In this document: positions 60,417 to 64,000 of the stretch, in pieces
Position numbering within the stretch: position 1 is the stretch's first letter
Layout: each line of letters starts with the position of its first letter
NCBI GenBank assembly: GCA_010909165.1
Contig: MU008151.1
Location: 806,001 to 870,000 of the forward strand
DNA length: 64,000 nt
Reading direction: 5' to 3'
From: Anthoceros angustus
Taxonomy: Eukaryota; Plantae; Anthocerotophyta
Notes under the pieces: model-generated
The model's database searches: none
What the model saw: the letters and a program-made list of their open reading frames with translations, nothing else
Told to the model about the DNA's origin: nothing
Program-made: the position numbers and the translations under genes

Positions 60417-60949
60417 CAGTCGGCCCCCCCTAATTGGGAATGGGAATTCTATAAATGGGATTCCTCTCTAAATGGGACCTCTCATCCTACTCCCTTTAGT
60501 TTATAATGTAACAAATGGGACTTTTCCCTAAATGATAATTGGGATCTTTTGAAGCATACATTCATGTTAGTTTCACCTCCCTAAATGGGATTTCTCATTT
60601 TTTTTTACTAAAAAAATCTAAAAAAAAGAAAGAAGAATCCATTATTTCAGAGCTTTATAGACTTTTAGGTGTGATTGAAGACTCTTAAGCTAAGCTTTTT
60701 CCTTTATGATAGGTAGAGGTTTTTGATGCTGTAGAGAGTGCTAGCTTTCAAACAACTATATAAAGAACTGGTAAAAGTTATTTTTAGTGAAACCTATCAA
60801 TCAAAATTTAAATTTTCTTTTTTTGGATATTTTTAATTTGTTTTAAGTTTATAACATTTTATTATTTTTAAATAGGAAAATACAATCGGACACCTCCTTA
60901 ATGGGACCTCTAAAGGCACTCGAACCAGTCCCAATTAGGGGGTGGACTG
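60417..60949. mobile_element. Duplicated copy of the Tc1/mariner-type MITE
   Basis: TA|CAGTCGGCCCCCCC...GGTGGACTG|TA with the same flanks as 46224-46754. Confidence 0.8.
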
Positions 60950-62854
60950 TAGTTCGAGAGAGTACTCAGACCCTGCTATTCACTTGTGGAGAAACACCAT
61001 GGGTTATATCCGCAATATCATTGCACTTGAACCCTTCCCCATACGCTGACTTTGGTGCGCGTGTTGTTCCCTTTCACAGGCTGCCAGACCCTGATGAGCT
61101 TAGAGTCATGAAAGATCTGATCATGTTATCGAAAATTACAAGTAAAGGGTTTCTAGGCTGGATCCAGTTTCCGTGGACACCCAACCCAGATCATTCATCA
61201 CAGGGACCGTGCACGGGAGCCGTTCCGTTCCGTTTACATCTCAAATTTGAAGGATTTACTTGTGGTCAAATGAACGATGAAATCAAATTGTGAAACAAGT
61301 CGACAGTATCTTTCACCCTTATGATCATATGCACGTGCTAGTAGTGAAGACGATCTCTATGCAAGGTTTGAAGTTTGTCAGGATGAGGCATAACAGGTTG
61401 CTACTCTATGATGTGATGCAGTGCTGAACTTGACTCTCATTGATCTTCAAAAGTTGTTGGTAAGTGCTCCTTATGCCTATGACCATGCCTGTAGAGGCTA
61501 ATTTCGGATGAGCCATGGACTAAATTGGAGCCAAATTGCTAATTACTTTTCTGAGTCACCTGCAGAGGGACAGCCTGACAGTAATATGGTTCGGTGATAC
61601 GTCGAGAAGGTACCTTCCCGATCCTTGATGCCTTAATGCGATCATGGCTTCGTGTGAGTTCTCTTGCTCACCAGACAGAGCAGAGCCGCGGACTCGCCTT
61701 CCTGCGCCACGAAGAACTGGTTGCCGTAGCGGGATTGCAGCTCCACGAAGAATTGGCGAGGCAGCAGGAGTTCACAGCAGGTCCCACGTTGAAGTCGAGG
61801 ATGTGCGGCGACGTCAGGTCCTGGATCACCACGATGGTGCGCTCGTCTGGACTCCACAGGCTCCGCAGCGCCTGCCACGATGTGGTAGGCTCGGTTGTCG
61901 TCACCACCCGCTGCGATGCTCCAGCTGCTTGCAGGCAGTCTGTTAAATAATACCCTGCGAGCATCGTCCAGACTGTCACACTTCCGAAAGCGTGGCTTTT
62001 GCAAAAAAAACCGTGAGCAACAGCAGCACCAACTTGCTCAATAGATTGCCGAACCCCACTGTAGAAACCATTAACCTGGTCAAATATAGCAAGAGCATCT
62101 CCTTGACACTTCAGCCACGTGTGCCATTGTGCAGTTGAAGGATTTTCTCACCTGGTCGACACATCCATGGCCTTCTGGAAAGGTGCAGGATTACCGCATT
62201 AACCTGACTATCGTCTGCAAATGCAGCGACGAGACGTCCACGAGCCATTAGAAGGTTTATTACTCAGCTTCACCCAACCTCAACCGCAAACTCAGCATAA
62301 AATACAGTGTTCAGCTATTTCGAGAGAAAACAGTACTCATAGCCTGCTATTCACTTGTGGAGAAACACCATGGGTTATATCCGCAATATCATTGCACTTC
62401 CCTTCCCCATACGCCGACTTTGGAGAGCGTGTTGTTCCCTTTCACATTCACTGGCTGGCAGACCCTGATGAGCTTAGATTCATGAAAGATCATGTTATCG
62501 AAAATTATAAGTAAAAGGGTTTCTAGACTGGATTCAGTTTCCATGGACACCCAACCCAGCCCAGCCCAGCCCATCATTCATCACAGGGACCGTGCACGGG
62601 AGCCGTTTCCCGTTCCGTTCCGGTGTCCCGATCTCGACTGACCCGGACAAATTACCATTCCATTTACTTATTTTAGCATGTTTAAGTTTGGGCTGTTTCG
62701 CCGTTCATGTGGGAAGTTTCGCTGCGTGGGGCCTGCCTGCCAGGGCTGAAGGCCGCGGGATGTGGTGTGGCCTGGAGGAGCTCAGCACCTGCCTGGCCCT
62801 CATTCCATTCTAGCAGTCCGGGAAGCATAGCACAGCATAGCAGCATAGCAGAGC

Positions 62855-64000
62855 ATGGCGGAAGAGCATGAGGCGGAGGATTGGCGCGCGCTGCCGGTTC
62901 AGCTGCAGCAGCTGCTGCTAGATCTGGGCCGGAATGCCGTGTCCGAACTACCCGATCTGCATAATGATGAAGAGTATGGCGGCTACTTCACTGATCGAAT
63001 CCGTGGTGATGAGGGAAGGCACTGGCGAGTGCGCAAGCGGGTGTTGACAGCCATTGCCAACTGCCGCAGTCTCGAGAATCTGGGTTTACACCAGGTGGGC
63101 CATCGGCTTGGATCGGGAGGATGAAGTGTCGGTTCTGTTGGGGGCCTGGCGTCCAACCCTTCCCTGGAATATCTGGGTGGTGGCTGTGAAGGTTTTGGAA
63201 GGCAGGCGGCTTGCGAGGCTCTGGGCCAGCTTGTTGCATCCAGTAGCAGCTTACGAAGGCTTTCATTACAGCATGTCGGGCTTGATGCCGCGGGACTGGG
63301 TGCCCTGGCCAAAGGCTTCAACAAGGACTCTGTCCTGGAGAAGTTGGTCTTAAGAGGGAACAAGTTGGGAGGTGCTGAAGGGGCACAGCACCTGGCCCGC
63401 ATTCTGGCCACGGCTCCCCGTCTCCAGGATCTGTCACTGGAAGGCATCGGCATGGATGTGGCGGGAGCCCAGTGTATTGCAAATGCTCTTCCGCTCTGTG
63501 CCACGCTCCGGTATCTGGCGTTGGACGATTCCCTAGGTCCCATTCCCGGTGGCCTCGGGCCCATGGGCACTGTGCTCGAACTTGCTTTCACCCGCGCTGA
63601 TGCTCATGAGAATGCTCCATCTCTGGCGTCACAGACCTTCATTTGGGTATCCTGGAGAACGGGGAGGCAGGCCTGGCAGACGCCCTGGCCGGAATGCTGC
63701 GTACCAACGATCGTATCGAGAAGCTTGTCACCACTCCATATGCTCTCATCCACGGCCTGGACGGGCTACGCCACAACTCCACCATATCTGAACGTCGTTT
63801 CAATGCATTCGAAGAGCCATCAGCTGCGACGGATGTGTGGATGCGCCTTGTCCAGTTGCTCCCGGAATGCAAAGCACTACGCGTCCTGAACTTGCAGTTT
63901 CTCAAGGGCCACGCCTCGTTCAAGAAAGAGTTGCTGAGATCCTTGGAGGGCAACGCATCTCTGAAAAAGCTCGACATTTCTTTCTGGGACGCCCTGGATC
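62855..64000 (+). pseudogene. Second TRN1-like LRR-Roc-COR copy, N-terminal part; continues beyond the window
   Basis: MAEEHEAEDWRALPVQLQQLLLDLGRN... and LRRs paralogous to 47738 onward; frameshifts present. Confidence 0.85.

Larger units (their letters stand above)
58080..64000 (+). repeat. Segmental duplication of 43871-48905 with internal rearrangement
   Basis: 58080-61230 matches 43871-47045; 61232-61985 matches 45185-45960; 62320-64000 matches 46758-48905 but lacks the 443-bp duplication. Confidence 0.93.

Noticed and set aside
62310-62330. Empty MITE site in the third ROCO upstream copy
   Set aside because: CAGCTATTTCG resembles CAACTAGTTCG but homology does not extend further left; more likely a rearrangement junction.

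Overview
Eukaryotic nuclear DNA from a seed-free land plant, most likely a hornwort. This is inferred from short introns, about 50% GC, and a dense set of PLS-class PPR genes ending in DYW:KP domains (KKPAxAxIEV instead of the PG box, HAEKLA zinc motif, C-terminal GRP/GRF/SRP/DRC), a type associated with U-to-C organellar RNA editing. Nine PPR loci are present: intact, frameshifted or fragmentary. All seven whose N-terminus is visible carry, between the transit peptide and the PPR array, a ~50-aa motif matching the ssDNA-binding PDF motif of plant OSB proteins; this is the most notable observation. The window also holds a multi-exon EREX-like PX-domain gene, an intronless HAD phosphatase resembling fungal/bacterial enzymes, tRNA-Leu(CAA), a bulb-type lectin ORF and an SDR110C-like dehydrogenase. 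A young Ty1/copia element has non-canonical TG...CT LTRs, an extra upstream ORF, an antisense ORF and a triplicated RNase H tail, and sits inside a PPR pseudogene. The right third is a nested segmental duplication containing intron-bearing DRP1 dynamin fragments, Tc1/mariner-type MITEs and TORNADO1-like LRR-Roc-COR genes. Many frameshifts are 1-nt losses in homopolymers, so some apparent pseudogenes may be long-read assembly errors.
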